DNA of 27,066 nucleotides, taken from the IMG/VR virus record IMGVR_UViG_3300028835_000381, positions 1-27,066 of that record; one strand, written 5' to 3'. Position 1 is the stretch's first letter; every line of letters begins with the position of its first letter. The DNA is from a virus. Taxonomy: Duplodnaviria > Caudoviricetes. Under the pieces are notes generated by a model. The model saw only the letters and a program-made list of their open reading frames with translations. It ran no database searches and was not told the DNA's origin. The translations under genes were made by a program, and so were the position numbers. Below, in pieces: positions 7,460 to 15,432 of this stretch.

Positions 7460-10400
7460 TATAAAAATTTCGGATCTGGAACCTGCTGCGCTACCTCTCG
7501 ATGGAGCTGCAACTTTCTTCGAGGTGCAGACAGTTGAAGCCGCACAAGATGTCAGCCGAAGAGTTTCGTTAGACCAGCTTATAGCTACCACTGGATTGGA
7601 TGCGACGTTCGTCACAGTGTCGGCGAACGCGCAACTTCCGAACGAACGTATACTAACTGAAGGGGCTGGCATCTCCATTGTAGATGCGGGACCGAACAGT
7701 ACGATCACGGTCAGTCTCGATGATCCGTTGTTGCTCAGTGGCGGATCGGTTGCTGCGCCGACTTACAGTTTTGCCGGAGATCCAGATACTGGTGTCTACA
7801 ATCCGTCGGCTGATGTTCTTGGATTCGCTGCCGGTGGTGTTCAGATTGCTCAGGCAGTAGAAGTTGTCGGTGCGAATCAGTTTATCGTTTCTCCGGGAGT
7901 GTTCCAAGATGCTCCGGCGACACCTAGCCTCGCCTTCGGCGACGGTGACACTGGTCTCTACGAAATCGCCGATGACAATCTTGCGATTGCGACCGCTGGT
8001 GTTCTCAGAGTGACGTTTGCTGCCGGGATCTCGATATTCGCTGGGACCGTCGATGTGTCGGGTGGTGATCGACCTCGTTTGGAGAACCTTGCAGCAACTT
8101 TGACTGTGCCAAACATAATTCCTTTTACGAATGATTCAGACACAGGAATTGGAGCAAATGGCGCAGATAGTCTTGCGCTGATCGCTGGCGGAGTTCAAAT
8201 TGCTCAGGCAGCAGAAGTCGTAGGTGCGAACCAGTTCATCCTCACTCCCGGCCTGATAGATGACAATCCGGCTGCTCCGACGCTTGCCTTCGGTGACGGT
8301 GACAGCGGCTTCTATGAAGAAGTAGATGACACTATCGCTGTCGCACTGGAGGGTGCAAAAGAATTTGAGTTCGGACCTATTACAGGTGCTGATCCCGATT
8401 TCTCCAGTGTGGAACTGCTCACAAATTTGGATGGTCCTGACGGTGCTACGTCATTCACTGAGCAATCAAACAATGCTGCTGTTGCTACATTCGTTGGTGG
8501 TGCAGAACTCGATACCGCACAGTTCAAATTCGGCACTGCATCGTTACTGCTAGACGGTCTTAATGACTATCTACATTTTCCTGACATTGCTGGCTACACT
8601 TTCGGATCTAATCTTTTCACAATAGAGGGATTTGTAAGATTCGCTTCACTGCCAGCAGTTGGCGACGAAATGACAATGGTCTCTCAGTGGGTCATTGGTG
8701 GTGGCACTGATCGAGCATTCGCTGTCAGTCTTATTCAGGATGGTCTTGATTACAGGATAAGATTTGAATCCGAAGGCGGCGTGGGCGTTTTTGAACAAGG
8801 TGGTCTTGGTGGCGCACCGGCTCTGAATACATGGCACTATTTCACCGCACAGAGATCGGCAGGCGACACACTTAGTATCTGGTGGAATGGCTTACTTGAA
8901 TTTGAAGCTGGTGGCATCTTCACAGGTTCGGTACTAAATAACTCAACTACCACCCTCAAACTCGGTGTATTAGATCCGACTGGTGGCGCTAACGCAGCTT
9001 TTGTTGATGGCTGGATTGACGAAGTACGCATCACGAATGGGGTTGCTCGTTATGCAACGGGTGGACCTATCACTGTACCCACGTCAGCTTTCCCAACTAA
9101 TAGCGCACAGTTCACAGGGGCTGCTGTTGGAGCCGGTAAACTCTTTAATCAAATAGCAAGCCTCACCAGTCCTACGCTTGTTCCGAGAAACGATGACGAC
9201 GACACCGGTATTGGTGGTGATGGCAGCGACATCTTGGCGCTCATCGCTGGCGGAGTTGAAGGTATACGAGTTACTGAAGCAGCGTCAGCAATTTCTATCA
9301 ATACATCTGGTCCTATCTTGGCTCCTAACGGAGCGGTTGGTGCGCCGAGTTATTCCTTCGCGAGCGAAACCAACAGTGGCATGTACTACGACGGGCAACC
9401 GAAGTGGTCAGTCATTGGCACTGAAGTCATGCGTATGGATGACACTGGTGTTCTCGGACCATCCGCTTCTGCACCAACTTGGTATCTGGTCAGTGATGAA
9501 GCTGCTACAAATACCAACCCGATCTATGCTTTCAACAACGACAACAACTCAGGTATCGGTGGTGACGGTTCTGCTACGGTTTCAATCATTGCAGATAGCA
9601 TAGAGATTGCTCGTGCGGTTAATGCTGCGACTGATCAACTCATACTCCATCCGGCTTCTGCCACTATCGGAGCACCAGCTTTCCCTGCTCTACAATTAGG
9701 TAGTGCTGCGATTGGATTCAATACACTCTTCAGTCAGCTTCGTATAGTTATTAACGGAGTAGATACTTGGAGAGCTTCTGGGTCTGATTTCGGTGCGTCT
9801 GTTACGACAACTGGTCCGGGGCTTGTCAATGCTGGTACTGTCAGCCTGACGACACCGGGTCTCGCTCCCATCGCTGACAACGTCGGCACTGGTATCGGTT
9901 CGTCCGCTAACAACAATATTGCAATCATTGTTGATAGTGGAACAGCCGTCTTGTATTCAGAGGCTACTGGTCGCATCGTACAAACGAATGAGAACGAAGT
10001 CGGGCTGACCGCGAGCGTCACGCAAACTCAGGCCGGAGGCCTCTTACTACGTTGCTCTCGCAACGAGATTCAGACGGTAGCGAATGCTGGTGACGCTCTC
10101 ACTGCGTTCGCAGTCACTGCCGGTACTAAGCTCGAAGTCATTAACAATGGTGCTAATTCACTTCAACTCTTCCCAGCACTGGGAGATAACATTGGAGCCG
10201 GAGTTAATACGGCCATTGACATTGAGAGTGGACACGTCGGGGTGTTCCTTGGTCGTGATGCTACAAACTGGGATACATTGTTCAACGGCAATCCTAACCA
10301 GATCGCTACAGGTGGAGCGACTGTCTCCGGGCAATGGCAGTTTGACAGCAACACTACTGAGGCTGATCCGGGTCAAGGCCTCTTCCGAAACGATAACGCT

Positions 10401-11066
10401 ACCATCGGTTCGGTCACCGAAGTATTCATCAACAGCGTAAGTGAAACCAACGCTGATTTTGATGTCATCTTAGGGCTCCTTGGTAATGGCGATCAGCTCT
10501 ACATCCAGAATATTGAAGATGCCACCGAGTTCATGCTGTTCGACATTACAGCGAACGTGGACAATGGTGGTTGGTATTCTCTTGCAGGTTCGGTCTCCGC
10601 TTCAAATGCTAACTTCACCAACGGTGAAAAATTCGGCATCTTGCTGCTCTTCGGTGGAGGAGCTGTCGCAGGTACTACAACCAATTCGATGCTCCGCTTT
10701 GACGGAGCGGCATTCATTGAAGAGACTCAGGTACAAGTCACAGCTGCGGGTGTCTTCTCCGTCCTCGACGCTGGGCTAACTGACTCCGTATCTATCAGCC
10801 ATAACGGAGCAGCAGGAACTATTGCTTCGGTCGGTTCGACGGCACTGAACTTTACCGGAGTTGCTACTCAATACTTCTTCGATAATAACGTCGTAGTCGC
10901 GGGGGATATCACAGCTGCTGGAGGCAATCAACTTGTCGCTCTTGATACGCTCGCAACTGATTCAGTAACTATCGATCACGACGGAACTGATGGCAATATC
11001 ACTTGCACACTGACCGCAGACCTGAACTTCATTGGGGCTGGAGCTTATACGTTTGACACTGATTGA
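7452..11066 (+). CDS. Fibre protein 2 (1204 aa) with shaft repeats and a LamG/ConA-like domain
   Basis: GAGGT RBS; MPNIKISDL anchor motif; same shaft repeats as fibre 1; LamG-type block FKFGTASLLLDG..DYL...FTIEGFVR...WHYF...GWIDEVRIT.GVARY (about 8390-9100). Confidence 0.8.
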   Translation: MPNIKISDLEPAALPLDGAATFFEVQTVEAAQDVSRRVSLDQLIATTGLDATFVTVSANAQLPNERILTEGAGISIVDAGPNSTITVSLDDPLLLSGGSVAAPTYSFAGDPDTGVYNPSADVLGFAAGGVQIAQAVEVVGANQFIVSPGVFQDAPATPSLAFGDGDTGLYEIADDNLAIATAGVLRVTFAAGISIFAGTVDVSGGDRPRLENLAATLTVPNIIPFTNDSDTGIGANGADSLALIAGGVQIAQAAEVVGANQFILTPGLIDDNPAAPTLAFGDGDSGFYEEVDDTIAVALEGAKEFEFGPITGADPDFSSVELLTNLDGPDGATSFTEQSNNAAVATFVGGAELDTAQFKFGTASLLLDGLNDYLHFPDIAGYTFGSNLFTIEGFVRFASLPAVGDEMTMVSQWVIGGGTDRAFAVSLIQDGLDYRIRFESEGGVGVFEQGGLGGAPALNTWHYFTAQRSAGDTLSIWWNGLLEFEAGGIFTGSVLNNSTTTLKLGVLDPTGGANAAFVDGWIDEVRITNGVARYATGGPITVPTSAFPTNSAQFTGAAVGAGKLFNQIASLTSPTLVPRNDDDDTGIGGDGSDILALIAGGVEGIRVTEAASAISINTSGPILAPNGAVGAPSYSFASETNSGMYYDGQPKWSVIGTEVMRMDDTGVLGPSASAPTWYLVSDEAATNTNPIYAFNNDNNSGIGGDGSATVSIIADSIEIARAVNAATDQLILHPASATIGAPAFPALQLGSAAIGFNTLFSQLRIVINGVDTWRASGSDFGASVTTTGPGLVNAGTVSLTTPGLAPIADNVGTGIGSSANNNIAIIVDSGTAVLYSEATGRIVQTNENEVGLTASVTQTQAGGLLLRCSRNEIQTVANAGDALTAFAVTAGTKLEVINNGANSLQLFPALGDNIGAGVNTAIDIESGHVGVFLGRDATNWDTLFNGNPNQIATGGATVSGQWQFDSNTTEADPGQGLFRNDNATIGSVTEVFINSVSETNADFDVILGLLGNGDQLYIQNIEDATEFMLFDITANVDNGGWYSLAGSVSASNANFTNGEKFGILLLFGGGAVAGTTTNSMLRFDGAAFIEETQVQVTAAGVFSVLDAGLTDSVSISHNGAAGTIASVGSTALNFTGVATQYFFDNNVVVAGDITAAGGNQLVALDTLATDSVTIDHDGTDGNITCTLTADLNFIGAGAYTFDTD
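7830..8355 (+). repeat. Internal duplication in fibre 2, 354-nt (118-aa) period
   Basis: AGGVQIAQAVEVVGANQFI..PG....PA.PSLAFGDGDTG (from 7830) vs AGGVQIAQAAEVVGANQFI..PG....PA.PTLAFGDGDSG (from 8184); differences in the first 19 codons are mostly synonymous. Confidence 0.8.
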
Positions 11067-11980
11067 CAAGCGGAGGGCAGATCTTTGCTGGATTCGGTAC
11101 TGCGGCTGATCCTGCTGTTGCGGTTCGCTCAACTAACATGGGAATGTATAGCGATACTGCAACCATACTAAAATTCACAACGAGTAGTACAGAGCAATTC
11201 CGAATCGCTAATGGGATATCAGAAATGTTCTCCGATGCGTTCAGGCTGAGACCTGACATCGGGGCTGAATCATTTTTCATGGCTGTTGACCCTGTAAGTG
11301 ACCCTCTCGATATGGTCACATCATTAACAGGATTGACCGATTGGCATGTTGAAGGGACTGGATTTGAACGGCTCTTCTTACATCAACCTAATCTGGCGAT
11401 GCTAGAGAAATCTGCTGCGCCGGGGGATGAGGTAGGTGTTGGTCAGGTATGGGTACGGGATGATGTACCGAACACTTTGGTGTTCACAACGGATACTGGA
11501 GTTGACAAGCAACTTGTCAACGACGCAGTTCAGGCCAGACGCACGACTGATCTTGCGCTCACGACTGCGTTCCAAGACGTCACGTTGGACGTGACTGACA
11601 TCGAGACTGACTCCGCTGTCCTCGATCACGATCTCGCTACCAACAGTGACAACATCATCGCTGGAGTGGCTGGTACTTTTAGAATTCACTATGGAGTCAA
11701 GGGTGATCCGACTGTCACGTCCAATCGAAACATGCTGCTCAATGGCAGAGTGCGGCTCAACGATGGTGGAACGGGTATCGCTGGTTCAATCGCTAGTACT
11801 GGCTTCTTCAATGACTCCTCGATAGATGGCGAGGCAGTTCCCAATCGTTTAGATATCACGTTCTACGCAACTCTTGCTGCCAGCGACTTCATAACGTTGC
11901 AGGTGAGCAAGACGGAAATATCGGGTAGTGACGACGACGATGCAAACGAAATAACATTTACCGCAGAGAGGGTACTGTAA
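11063..11980 (+). CDS. Distal fibre segment with C1q/TNF-like tip; probably the out-of-frame continuation of fibre 2
   Basis: Only a TTG start with no properly spaced SD; begins mid shaft repeat (IFAGFGTAADPAV....NMGMY); C-terminal beta-sandwich pattern VTLDVTD....DH.....NII..VAGTFRIHY.V...TLAASDFITLQV. Confidence 0.65.
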   Translation: MTSGGQIFAGFGTAADPAVAVRSTNMGMYSDTATILKFTTSSTEQFRIANGISEMFSDAFRLRPDIGAESFFMAVDPVSDPLDMVTSLTGLTDWHVEGTGFERLFLHQPNLAMLEKSAAPGDEVGVGQVWVRDDVPNTLVFTTDTGVDKQLVNDAVQARRTTDLALTTAFQDVTLDVTDIETDSAVLDHDLATNSDNIIAGVAGTFRIHYGVKGDPTVTSNRNMLLNGRVRLNDGGTGIAGSIASTGFFNDSSIDGEAVPNRLDITFYATLAASDFITLQVSKTEISGSDDDDANEITFTAERVL

Positions 11981-12468
11981 TGGGGTTCCGAGTAACGTCA
12001 AGTCTGACGGAAGATTGGGTCAAGATTGCCGAGATGGCAAGTGCTGATCCGTTCCTCAACATCTGGCATCCGGGTACTCTTGAACTGGAATGTGAGACCG
12101 TCGATCAGGCTACGCTCGACACGGCACATACAGCATATCTGGCTGATCAGGCGAACATTGATGCTGCCACTGCAGAGGCGAACACAGTTCGTCAACGCAA
12201 TCAGGCAGAAATAGCTCCCGATGGAGAGGGGAGTGGCGGCATGAGTGCTCGTTCGCTCATCGCTGTATTCAATCAGCGAGACAACTTCCTGACTACTCGC
12301 ATCATACAGTTGCAGGACGCAATGGATGCGATGAAAGCAAGTGTAGGAGCAGCGGATAGCATCCGTGCCGCTATTCCGGCGAACTTCTTACCAACAGCAA
12401 CGCGTCCACGGAATGACGCGATTCAAGACTACAAGGACGAGATTTCATCCGGCGATGCCGATAACTAA
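11980..12468 (+). CDS. Hypothetical protein, possible fibre assembly chaperone/tip-associated protein
   Basis: TAATG coupling; GAGAGG RBS; position right after fibre tip; helical C-terminal half. Confidence 0.5.
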   Translation: MGFRVTSSLTEDWVKIAEMASADPFLNIWHPGTLELECETVDQATLDTAHTAYLADQANIDAATAEANTVRQRNQAEIAPDGEGSGGMSARSLIAVFNQRDNFLTTRIIQLQDAMDAMKASVGAADSIRAAIPANFLPTATRPRNDAIQDYKDEISSGDADN

Positions 12469-12481
12469 AAGGGCGAAGACA

Positions 12482-12844
12482 ATGACAAATAAGATAGATC
12501 TTAATACGCAACAAATTTTTGCTGCTGCTAATGCAGGAATGACGTTACTGAATACACCCGGAGCTGTGAATGTTCCGGGTCCTATGGCTGTCAGTGGAGT
12601 GACGGGAACTTTGTACGCTCTGTTGTCAGCTATCGTCAACCGAGAGGTGATGATAGTTAACGTGCCACCGCAGCTGGAAGAAGCACCTCCGGCTGAGCCC
12701 CCCAATAAGGAAGTAGCAGACGCAGTTGCAACTGCTATGAAAAATAATGGGAAAGGCGAGGCTGCGCCTATAGCTCCCGTGGAATCCGAAGAGACTCCGC
12801 CCGCAGCTAATGAGGCGGAGGCTGCAAAGGGACAGAGGAAATAA
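12482..12844 (+). CDS. Hypothetical protein (120 aa) with hydrophobic core and acidic Pro/Ala-rich tail
   Basis: Start reassigned to ATG 12482 (MTNKIDL...) to avoid overlap with the upstream gene; fills the gap to 12846. Confidence 0.6.
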   Translation: MTNKIDLNTQQIFAAANAGMTLLNTPGAVNVPGPMAVSGVTGTLYALLSAIVNREVMIVNVPPQLEEAPPAEPPNKEVADAVATAMKNNGKGEAAPIAPVESEETPPAANEAEAAKGQRK

Positions 12845-12845
12845 A

Positions 12846-13217
12846 ATGGCAAGCAAGGCCGAAGTCAAAGAAGCGGGAATTCGCATAGGTGTTAATCAAA
12901 TTATCACCTACGCAGGTCTCGTGCCTATTTTCTGGTTCATCATCCAGCCCATTCTCGTGAATGCACTGGCTGAAGAGATGCAACAGTCGATTGAGCAGAC
13001 GGTTGCGAAGCAGGTGGACCCGATCAACAGTGCCTTCGTAGCCTTGCTGCAACGGGACATCAACGCCACGAAAAAGGATATCGCGGCGTTGAAGTTCCGA
13101 CAACGACAGGATGAAGACTGGACAGCAGTTGACGCAGAGTATCTGGCAGATTTGGAGATTCAATTAGCTGCGCTGGAAGAGGCGAAAGCAGCCCTTATAG
13201 CGGATAACACAAGCTGA
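12846..13217 (+). CDS. Single-TM coiled-coil protein at the head of the lysis cassette (holin/antiholin/i-spanin-like)
   Basis: GAGG RBS before ATG 12846; TM IITYAGLVPIFWFIIQPILV followed by heptad-like helices; TGATG-coupled to the lysin. Confidence 0.55.
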   Translation: MASKAEVKEAGIRIGVNQIITYAGLVPIFWFIIQPILVNALAEEMQQSIEQTVAKQVDPINSAFVALLQRDINATKKDIAALKFRQRQDEDWTAVDAEYLADLEIQLAALEEAKAALIADNTS

Positions 13218-13705
13218 TGGACCTGATCCTTGAGAGATTCAGTTATGCGTCCACGGAGACTGAGGGTGTTCTTAGTTTGCCTGATCACAATCTGGCTACT
13301 ATTGAACGTCCGTGGGTGCCTGTTGATACTCCGGGAGGAAAGCCGTTCGCGTCCTGTGTCCCAGACGGAACGTACGTACTTGAACCGTGGACAAGACCGA
13401 ACAGAGGTGAAGTTTACATCCTCACGAACTTCGATCTGGGAGTGTACAGATTGGAAGACGACCTGCCGGAAGAAGGAGGTCGCTTTCTTGTGCTCATCCA
13501 CATTGCGAATTACGTTCGAAACGTAGTTGGCTGTGTCGGACCGGGGACTCAGAGAGTCATTATGAAAGACAAGAAGACCGGTACGTATGAACGAGCAGTT
13601 TCGAGCAGCGGAGAAGCAATGAAAATTCTTCGCACAGTGTTAGGACGTGAAGAAACCCATACGTTAATTATCCGCCCAAGGTGCGGAACAGGGGGAACGA
13701 CATGA
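13217..13705 (+). CDS. DUF5675-family protein (L,D-transpeptidase-like fold), putative endolysin
   Basis: L.L.R....T.G.L......TIERPW......SCVP.GTY ... R..VLIH.ANY....VGCV..G signature with candidate catalytic His and Cys. Confidence 0.8.
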   Translation: MDLILERFSYASTETEGVLSLPDHNLATIERPWVPVDTPGGKPFASCVPDGTYVLEPWTRPNRGEVYILTNFDLGVYRLEDDLPEEGGRFLVLIHIANYVRNVVGCVGPGTQRVIMKDKKTGTYERAVSSSGEAMKILRTVLGREETHTLIIRPRCGTGGTT

Positions 13706-13926
13706 ATACGATTATAGGTGCACTTATCGCGACCATCATCGCCATGGCGACGGCAGCACTGGCACTGTTGAGTGGACCGGAAGTCACTTCTTTGAGTGAC
13801 ATCTCCGGTCTCCAGTGGACCATCCTGCTTATTGGTGGCTTGATCACATTTGGTAAAGACTTCCAAGCGATTTCCGCCCGACGTTTGGTGAATAAAGTCA
13901 CAGGCACGGGTGATGGAGGTATCTAG
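13702..13926 (+). CDS. Putative holin (74 aa, two TM segments)
   Basis: ATGA overlap with lysin, AGGGGG RBS; TM1 IIGALIATIIAMATAALALL, TM2 WTILLIGGLITF; basic C-tail. Confidence 0.65.
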   Translation: MNTIIGALIATIIAMATAALALLSGPEVTSLSDISGLQWTILLIGGLITFGKDFQAISARRLVNKVTGTGDGGI

Positions 13927-13927
13927 T

Positions 13928-14350
13928 ATGAACCACGTAACCGTAGGAGTGCGTCAGTTTCAGACGTTCTACCTACTCGCAATCATGCTCTTGTTGCAAG
14001 CATGTGCAGGAGCGAATCCGATTGCGAAGGCAGAAACGACTGAGCAGAGAGCGTTCGCAACGTACGGCACGTTCGTGATCATCGAGGAGCAAGCTGCGAA
14101 GCTGGTCTCCAGCGGACAGATCTCGGACAGTGCTGTGCGTGCTATTGCACGTGCAGATTCACAAGTGAAGTCAGTGGCAGATTCCCTGCTAGATGCGACA
14201 CTCGAATTCACAGTGATTCGGGCAGAGTTTGAATCTGGCGGAACAGGGGAAGAGCAATTTGTCCGAGCTATGAATGAATTAAACGGCTGGGTCGAACGAG
14301 CGAGACCCCTGATCGCTAACTTAATATCCGCTGTGAGAGGAGCTGAGTAA
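13928..14350 (+). CDS. Lipoprotein, putative spanin component
   Basis: GGAGGT RBS before ATG 13928; signal peptide FYLLAIMLLLQA|C with lipobox LQAC; helical mature part. Confidence 0.65.
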   Translation: MNHVTVGVRQFQTFYLLAIMLLLQACAGANPIAKAETTEQRAFATYGTFVIIEEQAAKLVSSGQISDSAVRAIARADSQVKSVADSLLDATLEFTVIRAEFESGGTGEEQFVRAMNELNGWVERARPLIANLISAVRGAE

Positions 14351-14784
14351 TGGGCATTATAGAACTCGCCTTAGTGGCGATAAAAGGACTGTCCGTGGTT
14401 CTGAACAATCCGGCAGTCGGCGGCAAAAGTAGCGTCAAGTTTCAGGACGCTTCCGAGTTGCTCGCATTACTGGGCGAACTATTGACGCGTGGTGATGAAG
14501 CTCACGACGAGCTTGTTGCGTTTACGAAGGTAGTGGAAGGGATGGCAGCGCAGGGTCGAGCGCCGAACCGGGTTGAGTGGGACACGCTCCGTGGTCGAAG
14601 CGATGCTGCTCACGACATCATTCAAGCAGCTGCAGCTGCAACTGAAGAAGAGACGGAGCAAGTCTTTCTGGAGGAGCTGACCAAGGCTGAGTTGTTAGCG
14701 CAGGCTGCAAGGGATGGAGTCTCGGTTCCTTCTTCCGCAACAAAGGCTCAGATCATAGAACTGCTAGAGGCTGTCGAGGAGTAG
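14350..14784 (+). CDS. Helical protein with hydrophobic N-terminus and C-terminal HeH/LEM/SAP-like motif
   Basis: TAATG coupling, GAGGAG RBS; C-terminus LEELTKAELLAQAARDGVSVPSSATKAQIIELL fits the helix-extension-helix pattern. Confidence 0.6.
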   Translation: MGIIELALVAIKGLSVVLNNPAVGGKSSVKFQDASELLALLGELLTRGDEAHDELVAFTKVVEGMAAQGRAPNRVEWDTLRGRSDAAHDIIQAAAAATEEETEQVFLEELTKAELLAQAARDGVSVPSSATKAQIIELLEAVEE

Positions 14785-14787
14785 TCC

Positions 14788-15432
14788 ATGGCTGTCTCGA
14801 TGACATTCAACTCGCTCCTTGAAGATATGAAGAAGTATCTGGAGCGAGGTACGGCTGTCGATCCCTCTGTGTTCGACCAGCTCCCCAGCCTGATCAACTT
14901 GGCTGAACGGGAGCTGGCGAACCAGTTGAAAATACTGGGGTTTGTAAAGGTAGTGACAGATACGATGGGTGTCGGACAGTCAGTTATTCCAAAACCAAAC
15001 CGCTGGCGTGACACGATCTCGATCAACTTCGGTGTGGGAGCAGAGCAAGTACGGACACAATTGTTTCCTCGTTCCTACGAGTACTGTCGGACCTATTGGC
15101 CGGATGAAGATCTCACTGATCAGCCGAAGTTCTACTCTGATTACGACTACTTCAACTGGCTGATAGCTCCGTCAGCAGACTTTGCATACCCATTTGAAGT
15201 CAATTACTGGGAGTTGCCTGCGTTGTTGGATAGTACCAATCAAACGAATTGGACAACGGACTTCGCCCCCAACAGTCTACTTCATGGTGCGCTGCTGCAG
15301 GCGACTCCCTTTTTGAAAAACGATGAACGCATTCCTGTTTGGCAGACAATTTACGATAAGGATGTTGCAATACTCGAGGCGCAAGACATGAAACGCATCA
15401 TTGATAGGAACGTTACGAGAGGGAGTGTCTGA
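14788..15432 (+). CDS. Putative second adaptor/collar protein
   Basis: MTF.SL..D...YLER....FDQLP.LINLAE...; PKFY.D....WLIAP..D..Y..E..Y...P..L....TNW....P..LL.GAL..A.PFLK.DER..W is a typical podovirus adaptor pattern. Confidence 0.7.
   Translation: MAVSMTFNSLLEDMKKYLERGTAVDPSVFDQLPSLINLAERELANQLKILGFVKVVTDTMGVGQSVIPKPNRWRDTISINFGVGAEQVRTQLFPRSYEYCRTYWPDEDLTDQPKFYSDYDYFNWLIAPSADFAYPFEVNYWELPALLDSTNQTNWTTDFAPNSLLHGALLQATPFLKNDERIPVWQTIYDKDVAILEAQDMKRIIDRNVTRGSV

Noticed and set aside
2477-11980. Fibre repeats as DGR template/variable repeats, shufflon or CRISPR array
   Set aside because: Repeats are degenerate, in-frame and differ mainly at synonymous positions; no adenine-specific mismatch pair, reverse transcriptase, invertase or repeat-spacer pattern seen
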